Assembly: GCA_903908285.1 (NCBI GenBank)
Contig: CAIVRH010000007.1
Span: 9,398 to 73,397 of the forward strand
Reading direction: 5' to 3'
DNA from: an uncultured candidate division Zixibacteria bacterium
GTDB taxonomy: Bacteria; Zixibacteria; MSB-5A5; SM1-73
DNA: 64,000 bases
The notes under the pieces: generated by a model
Told to the model about the DNA's origin: nothing
The model's input: only the letters and a program-made list of their open reading frames with translations
Databases searched by the model: none
Translations under genes and position numbers: made by a program
In this document: positions 24,230 to 34,661 of the stretch, piece after piece
Position numbering within the stretch: position 1 is the stretch's first letter
How the letters are laid out: every line of letters begins with the position of its first letter

Positions 24230-26425
24230 TCATTCCTTCCTCAGTTTTTCGATCAATTGTCTTACTTCATTAGCTTTGGGGTCGTTAGGCTGTATCTCCA
24301 AGTACCTTTGGTAGGCATTAGCGGCCTCTGGCTTTCTTCCCATTTTTTCATAGACTAATCCCAGTAGATTATATCCCATAGCAAAATCGGGCTTTATCTG
24401 CAAAAGCAAATTGGTTTCTCTCAACGATTCTTCCATCTTTCCCTGCAGGTAATAGACATATGCCAGTCCATAATACGATTGAGCGAAATCCTTGTCTTTG
24501 GCTATAGCCTTTTGATGATATGAAATTGCTTTTGCTAAATCGCCGGATTGAGTAGATAAAATTCCCAGATTGTTCCACACGTTTGGATTTTTCACTCCTA
24601 TCCGCACCGATTTGGAGTAGAATTTCTCCGCCTTTTCGAAATCCCCCCTTTGCATCCAGATGTCTCCTAAATCTGCATAAGCACTGCTGTAGTCCGGTTT
24701 AACCTCGAGGGTCTTGTTCAACTCCATCTCCGATTTTTGCAGATTACCGGTTCTATAATAATATAGGGCCAGCCCGGCGTGCGCTTCGGCAAAATCGGGG
24801 GAAAGCTGGAGGGCTTGGCTGAATCTCTTTTGAGCCTGGTTCAAATCGCCCTTTTGCATAAGGTTAAATCCCTGATTGGTCAACTCGATTTCCGGGAACT
24901 TTTCCATTATCTTACGGTTCTCCCGGTCCCTCTCTTCAGGTTTTCCCAAACGATCAAAGTAGCCGGCCAGAATAAAATGTCCGTTGCGGCTCTTTTTGGG
25001 ATCTGAGTCCAATAGATTTCTAAAACGGGCTACGGATTTGTCCGGGCTGGCATTGATGAGTATCCAGGGAAGAGTGCAAAGGAAGGCGACCAGGACCAAG
25101 TTAAGCTTAAGATAACCGGTCCGGGGATTTGAAGGGATATGACTAAAAAGATACAAAGCCAGAACCGTATATCCCAATCCCATGCTGGCAAAAAGGTCCC
25201 AATCCCGAGGAGCCCCCAAACCGGGATTGATAACAAAATTGAAAAGGAGCTGGCACAAAGCAACCATTAACAGGAACCGGAATATTTGCTTTTTTGCATC
25301 CGGAGTTTTGGGTTTGAAAATTAAAAAGATCAGGCACAAGGCAAATCCAACCGGTGAGATCAAAAACTGTTGATTGAGAAAATCAATAATATGATCAGAG
25401 GAAAACAGGGTATAATTGGGTCCGGTATATATTCCATGCAAAACCGGCATCAGGTAACTGAAGACAAACCAGTTGTATTTTCGCACATAGAAAACCACAC
25501 AGAGGAGCAAGATCAGCACCGACAAAAGCACAATCCCCGCCTTTTTTGCTTTGAAAAGACGAAAGCTCCCTTCCTCTTTCGGCTGGAACAGGGAAAGATA
25601 CAAAAGAGAAGGCAGAAGATTCAAGGAGGAAAAATGCAGGGGTAAAAGGATCAAGAAAATCAGAACCGGAACAAAAATCTTAGTCTGGCCGCGCAGAAAT
25701 TTAAGTGAATAAAACAGATATATCAGAATACCACTGCAAAGAAGGGGGTAGTGTTCCGCATAGCCGAAGAAAAGCTCGGCGCTTCCCAACAGAATCAGAA
25801 TGAGGAAAATAAACAAGCGAGTAGAGGGGCTTTTCCCCAGAAAGTTTGCCAATCTAATTGCGAAAACCACAAAGATTATTCCGGCTATATAGCTGATCAA
25901 CGCATAGACGGCTGCTCCATCCCAGTTAAAGACAGGATTAAGCAGATGATAAGAGTTAAGATAAATCCAGATGGCCAAAGGCTGGCTCCAGTTGGGGGTA
26001 AGTGAGCCTGCCTGAAGGCTGTCCAGTATTTGAAATCCGTCACCTAAAAGGTGAGTTTTGGTTCTAAATAGATAAAATATCAAAAGAGAAAGCATAGATA
26101 TAAATAGGTAGCCTAAAAATCTATGATTTTCGGTAAGATAGTTAAAAATCCTCACTAGGGGTGGTTTGATGAGAACAGTGAGTTCGCGTTGTACTTTAGG
26201 AAATAAGAGGATTAATGCAGAAGCGATAACTATGGTTCTTAACCCCAGCGGGAAGTAACCCCACTGATTGATCCCCCAAAGTCTTTTTTCCGGAAAGAAG
26301 GAAGCGAACCATAGGGAAAACAACATCAGCGGGCAGAAAACATTGGCTAGGCTATCCCAAGACAAGAATTTACTTGGGGATTCAGCTACCGGGTATGCAG
26401 TTTTGGTTTTTTTCTTAGATTTCAT
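24230..26425 (-). CDS. Multi-pass membrane protein with C-terminal TPRs (paralog 1)
   Basis: About 12 hydrophobic segments, LGDG, GYAEHYP, RDWDLF, then TPR repeats. Confidence 0.88.
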   Translation of the reverse strand: MKSKKKTKTAYPVAESPSKFLSWDSLANVFCPLMLFSLWFASFFPEKRLWGINQWGYFPLGLRTIVIASALILLFPKVQRELTVLIKPPLVRIFNYLTENHRFLGYLFISMLSLLIFYLFRTKTHLLGDGFQILDSLQAGSLTPNWSQPLAIWIYLNSYHLLNPVFNWDGAAVYALISYIAGIIFVVFAIRLANFLGKSPSTRLFIFLILILLGSAELFFGYAEHYPLLCSGILIYLFYSLKFLRGQTKIFVPVLIFLILLPLHFSSLNLLPSLLYLSLFQPKEEGSFRLFKAKKAGIVLLSVLILLLCVVFYVRKYNWFVFSYLMPVLHGIYTGPNYTLFSSDHIIDFLNQQFLISPVGFALCLIFLIFKPKTPDAKKQIFRFLLMVALCQLLFNFVINPGLGAPRDWDLFASMGLGYTVLALYLFSHIPSNPRTGYLKLNLVLVAFLCTLPWILINASPDKSVARFRNLLDSDPKKSRNGHFILAGYFDRLGKPEERDRENRKIMEKFPEIELTNQGFNLMQKGDLNQAQKRFSQALQLSPDFAEAHAGLALYYYRTGNLQKSEMELNKTLEVKPDYSSAYADLGDIWMQRGDFEKAEKFYSKSVRIGVKNPNVWNNLGILSTQSGDLAKAISYHQKAIAKDKDFAQSYYGLAYVYYLQGKMEESLRETNLLLQIKPDFAMGYNLLGLVYEKMGRKPEAANAYQRYLEIQPNDPKANEVRQLIEKLRKE

Positions 26426-26687
26426 GCTTTAGATTCAGACTCATCCGTTAAATAAGTTTTCACGCAACCACTCGAGTGAAGTAATATAAAAGGAATATCC
26501 CGATCTGTAAAGTTGCTTCTGGAAAAACCCGCATTCTATTAACTCTTATATTCCCATAGAATTCGACTAAGTGAACAGAATCAACCGCCGATCTTGCAGC
26601 ATCTATAGATTAAATTTTCCATATAGATGTGTTCCTTGGTCTTGGATCTTTGTGGGTAAAAGTTTAATCGGTATAAAAAAACTCGGT

Positions 26688-28883
26688 TTATTCCTCCTCA
26701 AGTTTTTTAATCGATTGTTTTACTTCAAAAGTTTTAGGATTGCCGGGCTCCATCTTTAGGTACGTTTGGTATGCATTAACCGCTTCTTTCTTCCGCCCCA
26801 GGCATTCATATATCGATCCAAGCTGGTAATATGCCATAGCGAAATTTGGATCTGTTTGTAAGAGCAGATCAATTTCGGCCAGAGCCTCCCGAAACTTCCC
26901 CTGCTGTGAATAAATATATGCCAATCCGGAGTGGGGTTCTGAGGAATTCCTCTGCATGCTAATAGCCTTTTGGTAAAACGAAGCAGCTTTGTCCAATTGG
27001 TTGAGCTGGACATACAATATGCCTAAATTGTTATATATACGAGGGTCATCCACCCTGTGTTTTAAGGCGAGGTTATACATCCCTTCCGCATTTTTGAAAT
27101 CCAGTTTCTTCATATAAACGTCGCCTAAATCGGAATATGCCGTCTGAAAATCGGGTTTAAGCTCCAAGGCTTTTTTATATTCGGTCTCGGATTTTTCAAA
27201 ATTGCCCTTTAAGCTGTAGTACCAACCCAAACCAGCGTGAGCTTCGGCACAATCCGGAGAGATTTGAAGGGATTGAGTGAATTTCTGATAAGCCTGAGTT
27301 AAATCCCCCAGTTCTAAAAACGTTTTACCCAGATCGCACAATTTCAGTTCCGGGAACTTCTCCGCTATCTTCCGGTTCTCATTGTCCCTCTCTTCGGATT
27401 TACCCAATCGGTTAAAATAATCCGCCAGGATGAAGTGCCCGTTGCGGCTCCTCTTGGGATCTAAGTCCAGCAGATTTCTAAAACGGGCTATGGATTTATC
27501 CGGGGTGGCATTTATGAGTATCCAGGGAAGGGTGAAAAGAAGAGCGGCGATGGTTAAGTTGAATTGCAGACGGCTCAACCTAGCTGCCGGCTCTACCCGG
27601 CTGAAGATATATAGTGCCAGAACAGTATATCCTATTCCCACGCCGGCAAAAAGATCCCAGTCCCGGGGAGCCCCCAGTCCGGGGTTGATGATGAAATTAA
27701 AAAGAAGTTGAGCCAAAGCAACAGACAGCAAAAACCGAAAAGTACGGCTCTGCACATCAAGTGACCCAGGTTTAAGAATCAGAAAGATAAGAAACAAAGT
27801 AAAACCTATGGGTGAAATCAGAAACTGCTGATTAAAAAAATCGATTATGTGATCGGGGGAAAACAGGGTATAATGGGGTCCGGTGTATTTCCCGTGCAAA
27901 ATCGGCATCAAAAGATTGAGGACGTACCGGTCTTGACTTCGTATATATATCACTACCCCAACGCACCAGATCATCACGAACCAGAGTAAAATCCAAGTTT
28001 TTTTGCTTTTGAAAACCGGGACAGATGTTTTTATGTCCCGGTTATACAGAAAAAGATACAAAAGAGAGGGAAAAAGGTACAGGGAGGAGAAATGAATCGG
28101 CAGAAGGATCAGGAAGATCATCGCCGGCACAAAAACCTTAGTTTCGCCAAACAGATATTTCAGAGAATAATAAAGATATATCATTATACCACTGCTGAGA
28201 AGAGGATAATGTTCGGCATAACCGAAGAAGAGCTGGCTGGTCCCCATCAGTATCAGGATAAGAAAAATAAACCAACGGGTGGAAGGATTTCTTCCGAGAA
28301 GGATGGCCAATCGGGCTGCGAAGATGACAAAGATTATTCCGGCTGCAAAACTTGTCAGGGCATAGACCGATGCACCGTCTAAGTTTAATACCGGAAAAAG
28401 CAAGCGATACAGTCTAAGAGAAATCCAGATTGACAGAGGTTGGCTCCAGTTGGGGGTCAGAGTACCTGTCCGGATACTGTCCAGGATCTGATATCCATCC
28501 CCCAAAAAGTGAGTATTAGTTCGGAAAAAATAAAAGATCAAAAGAGAAATTATGGCTATTGACAGATAACCCAAAACCTTTCGGCTTTCCGTAAAAATGT
28601 CAAAAAACCGAATCAGCGGAGGTTTAAGGAAAGTTGCAAGTTTTTGCTGTACCCGGGGGATAAAGATCACCAAGGCAGAAGCTATCACTGCGGTTCTTAA
28701 CCAGAAAGGGTAATAAGCCCAATGGTTGATCCCCCAAAACCTGCTTTTAGGAAAGAATGAAGCCAACCATAAGAAGAACGGCAAAATCAAACTGATAGCA
28801 GCCGCTATCTTATCCCAGGTCACATGATCTGCATGTGGTTCAGACATTTGGTGGGCTGTTTTGAATCTTCTTTTGGAATACAT
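26688..28883 (-). CDS. Multi-pass membrane protein with C-terminal TPRs (paralog 2)
   Basis: Same length (731 aa) and same motifs as paralog 1. Confidence 0.88.
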   Translation of the reverse strand: MYSKRRFKTAHQMSEPHADHVTWDKIAAAISLILPFFLWLASFFPKSRFWGINHWAYYPFWLRTAVIASALVIFIPRVQQKLATFLKPPLIRFFDIFTESRKVLGYLSIAIISLLIFYFFRTNTHFLGDGYQILDSIRTGTLTPNWSQPLSIWISLRLYRLLFPVLNLDGASVYALTSFAAGIIFVIFAARLAILLGRNPSTRWFIFLILILMGTSQLFFGYAEHYPLLSSGIMIYLYYSLKYLFGETKVFVPAMIFLILLPIHFSSLYLFPSLLYLFLYNRDIKTSVPVFKSKKTWILLWFVMIWCVGVVIYIRSQDRYVLNLLMPILHGKYTGPHYTLFSPDHIIDFFNQQFLISPIGFTLFLIFLILKPGSLDVQSRTFRFLLSVALAQLLFNFIINPGLGAPRDWDLFAGVGIGYTVLALYIFSRVEPAARLSRLQFNLTIAALLFTLPWILINATPDKSIARFRNLLDLDPKRSRNGHFILADYFNRLGKSEERDNENRKIAEKFPELKLCDLGKTFLELGDLTQAYQKFTQSLQISPDCAEAHAGLGWYYSLKGNFEKSETEYKKALELKPDFQTAYSDLGDVYMKKLDFKNAEGMYNLALKHRVDDPRIYNNLGILYVQLNQLDKAASFYQKAISMQRNSSEPHSGLAYIYSQQGKFREALAEIDLLLQTDPNFAMAYYQLGSIYECLGRKKEAVNAYQTYLKMEPGNPKTFEVKQSIKKLEEE

Positions 28884-29012
28884 GCTTGAGGTCTGTATCT
28901 GCCAGCTAACTCAGCTTACCGTTTGTACCATGGCAGGTGAAGTATAGCTGAAACTAGGCATTCTGCAAAGCATCTTTTTTCTGGGGGTAATCTGGAGCCG
29001 AAAAAAACATCT

Positions 29013-29393
29013 TCACATGCTGTATCCTATGCCGGGAACACTGGAATGAATGAACATAAAGAAGATGTAACCCAATGCGCCAAATGCTAAACCGATTATG
29101 GCTAAGATCTTAACCAGCCCGGCATCGGATTTTCCCTGAGCCTTTTCCAGCGAGACCCCGGCCAAGCCAATAGTAGCCAGAAATAAAATTATACTGCTTA
29201 TATAAAGGGATGGAAAGAAGGTAAAGGCACACGCCAAAATTCCCAAAAATATACTGAACATAGAGAGGAAAAGATAAAGTCTCCGGTGGGACAAGAATGG
29301 GCGAGGAAGAGTCAAGATAAAGGAATATCCGCATATTTGACAGAAGGTGGTTTGTTCATCGGCGATGGTGTCACAAAACGGACAAACCTGCAT
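29013..29393 (-). CDS. Zinc-ribbon membrane protein
   Basis: CPFC...CQICG followed by three TM helices. Confidence 0.75.
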   Translation of the reverse strand: MQVCPFCDTIADEQTTFCQICGYSFILTLPRPFLSHRRLYLFLSMFSIFLGILACAFTFFPSLYISSIILFLATIGLAGVSLEKAQGKSDAGLVKILAIIGLAFGALGYIFFMFIHSSVPGIGYSM

Positions 29394-29532
29394 AGCTGAT
29401 ATCCCCAGTTTTACTATTTTTCCAAGTCAACGCTAGTTAATCCATGGTTTATTTGTTTGCTTTTCCCGGCTTGGCTTATATATTATAAAGATTCGAGCTG
29501 GTATGTCAACATATTTTTAATTCTTTAATATC

Positions 29533-30456
29533 ATGGCGGAGACAGTCAAGATGATGAAAACCTTGGACGACATTCTGACTCTGGCAAAGAAGATAGGCCC
29601 CAAGAAAGTAGCCGTAGCTCAAGCAGAGGATGAGGAAGTTTTGTTGGCTTTAGAACAAGCGCGCCAAGAAGGGATTGTGCAGGTGATTCTGGTGGGAAGG
29701 CGGGATAGAATCGAACCGATCGCCAAAAGAAAAGGGATAGAGATCGATCAGTTTGAGATCCTCCAGGATGTCGATGGATTCTCCGCTTCTGTGAAGTGCT
29801 GCGAGCTGGTAAATAGGGGAGAAGCTGATTTCATGATGAAGGGTTTGGTGGGGACTGCGCCTTTTTTGAAGGCGATTTTGGATAAGGAGAGAGGTTTAGG
29901 AACAGGTAAACTCTTAAGTCATGTGGCTGTTTTCCAGATTCCGACTTATCCTAAGCTGTTGATGATCACCGATGCTGCCATCAACATTACCCCTTCTCTT
30001 TTGGAGAAAGCTCAAATAATCCGGAATGCGGTGGATGTTGCACACTCGATAGGTATGGCTTTGCCTAACGTGGCGTGCATTGCAGCCGTGGAAAAGGTAT
30101 ATCCCGACAAGATGCCCGCCACTTTGGACTGCGCCTGCCTTTCCATGATGGCAAAACGGGGCCAGATAACCGGTGCTTTGGTGGATGGTCCTTTTGGCTT
30201 GGATAATGCCATCTCGGAGGAAGCTGCCCGGATCAAGGGAGTCCAAAGTGAGATGGCCGGAAAGGTGGATGTGCTTTTATGCCCCGGCATCGAAACCGGT
30301 AACGCCATATATAAAACCCTAACGTCGTTTGCCCAAGCCAGGTGCGCGGCTCTGGTGGTGGGCACCAAGGTCCCGGTGGTCTTGACTTCCCGGTCGGATA
30401 CGCATGAAACCAAATTTATGTCCATCGCCTTGGGCGTGGCCAGTTGCAGGAGATAA
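29533..30456 (+). CDS. ptb: Phosphate butyryltransferase
   Basis: MMKGLV, LLSHV, TDAAINI, DGPFGLDNAIS, LTSRSD. Confidence 0.9.
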   Translation: MAETVKMMKTLDDILTLAKKIGPKKVAVAQAEDEEVLLALEQARQEGIVQVILVGRRDRIEPIAKRKGIEIDQFEILQDVDGFSASVKCCELVNRGEADFMMKGLVGTAPFLKAILDKERGLGTGKLLSHVAVFQIPTYPKLLMITDAAINITPSLLEKAQIIRNAVDVAHSIGMALPNVACIAAVEKVYPDKMPATLDCACLSMMAKRGQITGALVDGPFGLDNAISEEAARIKGVQSEMAGKVDVLLCPGIETGNAIYKTLTSFAQARCAALVVGTKVPVVLTSRSDTHETKFMSIALGVASCRR

Positions 30457-30540
30457 CCCGAGATATAATTAAAGCGAGTGCGGAGCTGTTTATATAGAAT
30501 AGTGCAAGGAAAAAAACGAGGTCAACTTTGAGGAGGATTT

Positions 30541-31464
30541 ATGCCATTTGAAAAAGTGGATAAGATCTGGATGAACGGTAAGCTGGTAAACTGGGATGAC
30601 GCTAAAATTCACGTCCTCTCCCATGTGATTCACTATGGTTCCAGTCTTTTCGAGGGAGCCCGCTGCTACCTTACCAAAAATGGACCGGCCATTTTCCGAC
30701 TGGAAGCACATACCGACCGTTTGTTCAACTCGTGCAAGATCTACCGTATGGAAATACCCTACACCAAGGAAGAGATCAACCGGGCAATCATCGATCTGAT
30801 AAAAGTAAACAAGCTGGACGCATGTTACATCCGACCGGTGGCGTACCGGGGTTATGAGCAGTTGGGGGTCGATCCTACTGCATGTCCGGTAGACGTGTCT
30901 ATCGCAGTGTGGAGATGGGGAAAATATCTGGGGCCAGAGGCTTTGGAGAACGGTGTTCCGGTGTGTGTCTCCTCCTGGAACCGGATGGCACCCAACACCC
31001 TTCCCGCCATGGCCAAAAGCGGCGCTAATTATATGAATGCCCAGCTGATAAAAATGGAAGCGAAAGAACACGGTTATGTGGAAGGGATCGCCCTAGACGT
31101 GTTTGGATTTGTCAGCGAAGGAAGCGGTGAAAACGTGTTCATCGTAAGAGAGGGAGCGTTGATTACCCCGTCTTTTGGCTGTTCCATTTTACCCGGTATC
31201 ACCCGAAATACGGTGATTACCTTGGCACATGAGATGGAAATAAAGGTGATCGAACAATCCATCCCCCGAGAGGCATTGTATGTTGCGGATGAGGTCTTCT
31301 TCACCGGCAGTGCCGCCGAGATCACTCCGATAAAATCCATAGACAAAGTTACCATCGGAAATGGCAAGCGCGGTCCGATAACCAAGTTGCTGCAGGAGAG
31401 ATTTTTTCAGATAGTGATGGGAGAAACGGAAGATAAATATGGGTGGTTAAACTACGTGAAGTAA
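30541..31464 (+). CDS. ilvE: Branched-chain amino acid aminotransferase
   Basis: HYGSSLFEGAR, AKSGANY, EGSGENVF, ILPGITR, GSAAEITP. Confidence 0.96.
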   Translation: MPFEKVDKIWMNGKLVNWDDAKIHVLSHVIHYGSSLFEGARCYLTKNGPAIFRLEAHTDRLFNSCKIYRMEIPYTKEEINRAIIDLIKVNKLDACYIRPVAYRGYEQLGVDPTACPVDVSIAVWRWGKYLGPEALENGVPVCVSSWNRMAPNTLPAMAKSGANYMNAQLIKMEAKEHGYVEGIALDVFGFVSEGSGENVFIVREGALITPSFGCSILPGITRNTVITLAHEMEIKVIEQSIPREALYVADEVFFTGSAAEITPIKSIDKVTIGNGKRGPITKLLQERFFQIVMGETEDKYGWLNYVK

Positions 31465-31508
31465 TTACTAAAAGATAAATTCAAATAAGATTCCATTCAG
31501 AGGTAGAG

Positions 31509-32417
31509 ATGCCAGAGAAGCCAATTACTGATTTTGACCAGTTGATTTCGATGGTTAAAAGCGGGAAAAAGAAAAGATTAGCCATCGCTTCGGCTGAAGG
31601 AGGGGAGATAATCGAAGCGGTGAAAGAGGCAATGAAAGAAGGGATCATCTCGGCTGTGCTAATCGGCAATCAAGGAAAGATTGAAGAGCTGTGCCACAAG
31701 CAAGAACTTGAATTTAAAGAAGTCGAGATCATCAATGAACCTGATCCCAAGCTCACCGCCAAAACTGCCGTGCAGATGGTCAAGCAGGGGAGAGCGGATA
31801 TGCTGATGAAGGGTAAGGTGGATACCTCCACTTTGCTTAAAGCGGTTTTGGATAAAGAGAGCGGATTGCGAACCGTGGCTTTCTTAAGCCATGTGGCTGC
31901 AGTGGAAGTGAAGGCATATCCCAAACTGATGTTAGTAACCGATGGGGGAATGAACATCAAACCGGATATCAAACAGAAAGCCGACATCATAAAAAATGCG
32001 GTGGAAGTAGCCAAGAAGCTGGGTATTTCTAAACCCAAGGTTTCCTGTCTGGCCGCAATTGAATTGGTCAACCCGGACATGCCGGAAACGATAGATGCAG
32101 CCGGTCTGGTAAAAATGGCGGAAAGAGGGGATATCCAGGATGCAATCATCGATGGACCGGTTGCCTTCGATGTGGCCATCGACGCCGAATCAGCAAGGAT
32201 GAAGGGAATTAATACCGTCGTAGCCGGAGATACCGACATTTTCCTTATGCCGGATATGGCCTCGGGAAATATCTTAGTCAAATCCTTAATCTACTTGGCG
32301 GATGCAAAGGTGGGCGGGGTGGTGGTAGGGGGTGGTGTCCCGATTGTGCTCCTTTCCCGCTCCGACTCGGCAGCAATTAAGCTTTGTTCGATGGCACTGG
32401 GAGCAGCGATCTGTTGA
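31509..32417 (+). CDS. ptb: Phosphate butyryltransferase (second copy)
   Basis: LMKGKV, FLSHV, TDGGMNI, DGPVAFDVAI, LLSRSD. Confidence 0.9.
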   Translation: MPEKPITDFDQLISMVKSGKKKRLAIASAEGGEIIEAVKEAMKEGIISAVLIGNQGKIEELCHKQELEFKEVEIINEPDPKLTAKTAVQMVKQGRADMLMKGKVDTSTLLKAVLDKESGLRTVAFLSHVAAVEVKAYPKLMLVTDGGMNIKPDIKQKADIIKNAVEVAKKLGISKPKVSCLAAIELVNPDMPETIDAAGLVKMAERGDIQDAIIDGPVAFDVAIDAESARMKGINTVVAGDTDIFLMPDMASGNILVKSLIYLADAKVGGVVVGGGVPIVLLSRSDSAAIKLCSMALGAAIC

Positions 32418-32531
32418 CGGGGTCCAGCGTATAGGGTCCAGGGTACAGGTTCAAGAGTCAAGGGTCAAGAAAACCCGAATCAAATAATGGCGTATAACGA
32501 TAACCATTATTATGAATTGAGGAGAGTACAA

Positions 32532-32975
32532 GTGAAGATTGCAATTGGAGCGGACCATAGAGGTTTTGAGTTGAAGGAGAAAATAAAGCAACATCTTTTA
32601 ACTTTGGGACACCAAGTAAACGACTTGGGAACTTATTCTACCGAATCGGTTGATTATCCGGATTATGGTTTCAAAGTAGCTGAGTCGGTGGCAAGAAATG
32701 AAGTTGATTTTGGAATTGCCATCTGCTGGACCGGAAACGGGATCAATATCGCAGCCAATAAGGTCAAGGGAGTCAGATCCGCCTTATGCTTGAACGAAGA
32801 GATGGCCAGCTTTGCCCGATCACATAACGATGCCAATGTACTGGCTTTATCATCCAAATATGTTTCTGAAGATTTAGCAAATAAAATTGTAGATGTGTGG
32901 TTATCCACAAAGTTTGAGGGAGGAAGACACGCAAAAAGATTGGAAAAGATCATAAATTACGAGACAAAGAGATAA
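32532..32975 (+). CDS. rpiB: Ribose-5-phosphate isomerase B
   Basis: IGADHRG, VDYPD, ICWTGNG, ANKVKGVR, HNDANVL, FEGGRH; GTG follows GAGGAG. Confidence 0.95.
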   Translation: MKIAIGADHRGFELKEKIKQHLLTLGHQVNDLGTYSTESVDYPDYGFKVAESVARNEVDFGIAICWTGNGINIAANKVKGVRSALCLNEEMASFARSHNDANVLALSSKYVSEDLANKIVDVWLSTKFEGGRHAKRLEKIINYETKR

Positions 32976-33308
32976 ATTCTGGGTTTATCTGTATTACGAC
33001 AACCGGAGTTTTCTTTATACCGAATAAGACAATCTTCATCGTGCAGTTTTGAGAATCAGCCCCTGACCCAAGTTAGGGGCTGGTCTTCAAAGAAGATTGA
33101 TCTATAGATTCCAAAAGTGTTTTGAACTGTCATGAAAGAACTGATGTTGTCGAAAATAATAAGTGATGGTTTTGCGAGTGGGAAATCTCAATAAAGGGAG
33201 ATTCTTCGGCTACACCTCAGAATGACATTTGAGGATGGAATTTCGTTGGATTATCTGTTAGAACATATTTCTTATCTATGGAGATTTAAAACATAGAAGG
33301 AGCAAAAG

Positions 33309-34562
33309 ATGAGCAAGCTAAAAGAAGTCGATCGGGAGATATTCGACATCATTTATGGCGAAACCCAAAGACAAGCTTTCGGTCTGGAGCTTATCGCTTC
33401 GGAGAATTTTGTCTCTGAGGCGGTGATGGAAGCCATGGGCTCGGTGATGACCAATAAATACGCGGAAGGCTATCCGGGAAAGAGATATTACGGTGGGTGT
33501 GAATTCATGGATATGGCTGAAAATTTAGCCCGGGAACGAGCTAAAATATTGTTCGGCTGTGAGCACGTAAACGTTCAGCCGCATTCCGGTTCCCAGGCAA
33601 ATATGGCAGTGTATTTCTCCGTGCTACAACCCGGTGACACTATTCTGGGACTGAACCTATCGCACGGCGGTCACCTCACCCACGGACACCCGATTAATTT
33701 TTCGGGAAAATTTTTCCACGTGGTTCCCTACGGGGTGAATAAAGAGACCGAGGTGATAGATTACGCCGAACTGCGCAAGATCGCTATCGAAGCCAAACCC
33801 AAGATGATCATCGCCGGCGCATCCGCCTATCCCCGGGAACTGGATTTCAAAAAGTTCCGCGAAGTAGCAGATGAGGTGGGGGCATACCTGATGGTGGACA
33901 TTGCCCACATAGCCGGTCTGATTGTAGCGGGATTACACCAGTCGCCCGTTCCTTATGCTGATTTTGTTACCACCACCACCCACAAGACACTAAGGGGACC
34001 CCGGGGTGGGATGATCATGTGCATGGAAAAGTTCGCCAAGGATCTGGACAGAGAAGTGATGCCCGGGATTCAGGGTGGTCCTTTGATGCATGTGATCTCG
34101 GCCAAAGCAGTGGCATTCAAGGAAGCCCTGGAACCGTCCTTCAAAGAATATCAAGTTCAGATCGTGAAGAATGCCAAGACGCTGGCAGGTGAAATGATGC
34201 GCCTGGGCTATCATGTCATATCCGGCGGAACCGATACTCATCTGATGTTAATCAGCCTGGTGGAGAAAAATCTCACCGGAAAGGTGGTGGAGGATGAATT
34301 GGGGAAAGCCGGAATTACAGTCAACAAGAACACCGTCCCCTTCGATCCGCAGAAGCCATTTATTACTTCAGGCATTCGCATAGGTACACCGGCTTTGACC
34401 ACCAGAGGTATGAAAGAACCGGAAATGAAACAGGTGGCGCAGCTGATCGACCAGGTCATCTCCAATTTGAATGACCACGGAGTTTATGCCAAGATAAATG
34501 AAGAGGTCAAAGCGCTATGCCAGAGGTTTCCTCTATACAAGGAAAGGTTGGAAAGTGCGTAG
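33309..34562 (+). CDS. glyA: Serine hydroxymethyltransferase
   Basis: [34 protein letters not shown]. Confidence 0.98.
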   Translation: MSKLKEVDREIFDIIYGETQRQAFGLELIASENFVSEAVMEAMGSVMTNKYAEGYPGKRYYGGCEFMDMAENLARERAKILFGCEHVNVQPHSGSQANMAVYFSVLQPGDTILGLNLSHGGHLTHGHPINFSGKFFHVVPYGVNKETEVIDYAELRKIAIEAKPKMIIAGASAYPRELDFKKFREVADEVGAYLMVDIAHIAGLIVAGLHQSPVPYADFVTTTTHKTLRGPRGGMIMCMEKFAKDLDREVMPGIQGGPLMHVISAKAVAFKEALEPSFKEYQVQIVKNAKTLAGEMMRLGYHVISGGTDTHLMLISLVEKNLTGKVVEDELGKAGITVNKNTVPFDPQKPFITSGIRIGTPALTTRGMKEPEMKQVAQLIDQVISNLNDHGVYAKINEEVKALCQRFPLYKERLESA

Positions 34563-34661
34563 AAGCGTTTAATGTTCAAAGTTTAAAGTTTAAGATTAAT
34601 AATTTGGTTTTGAGATTTTAACTCACAACTCGAAACTCTATACTCAATCCTCCATACTAAA

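Noticed and set aside
32976-33308. ZTP or glycine riboswitch before glyA
   Set aside because: Only a simple hairpin (~33056-33083) and a REP-like fragment (~33198-33228); no consensus motifs recognised.
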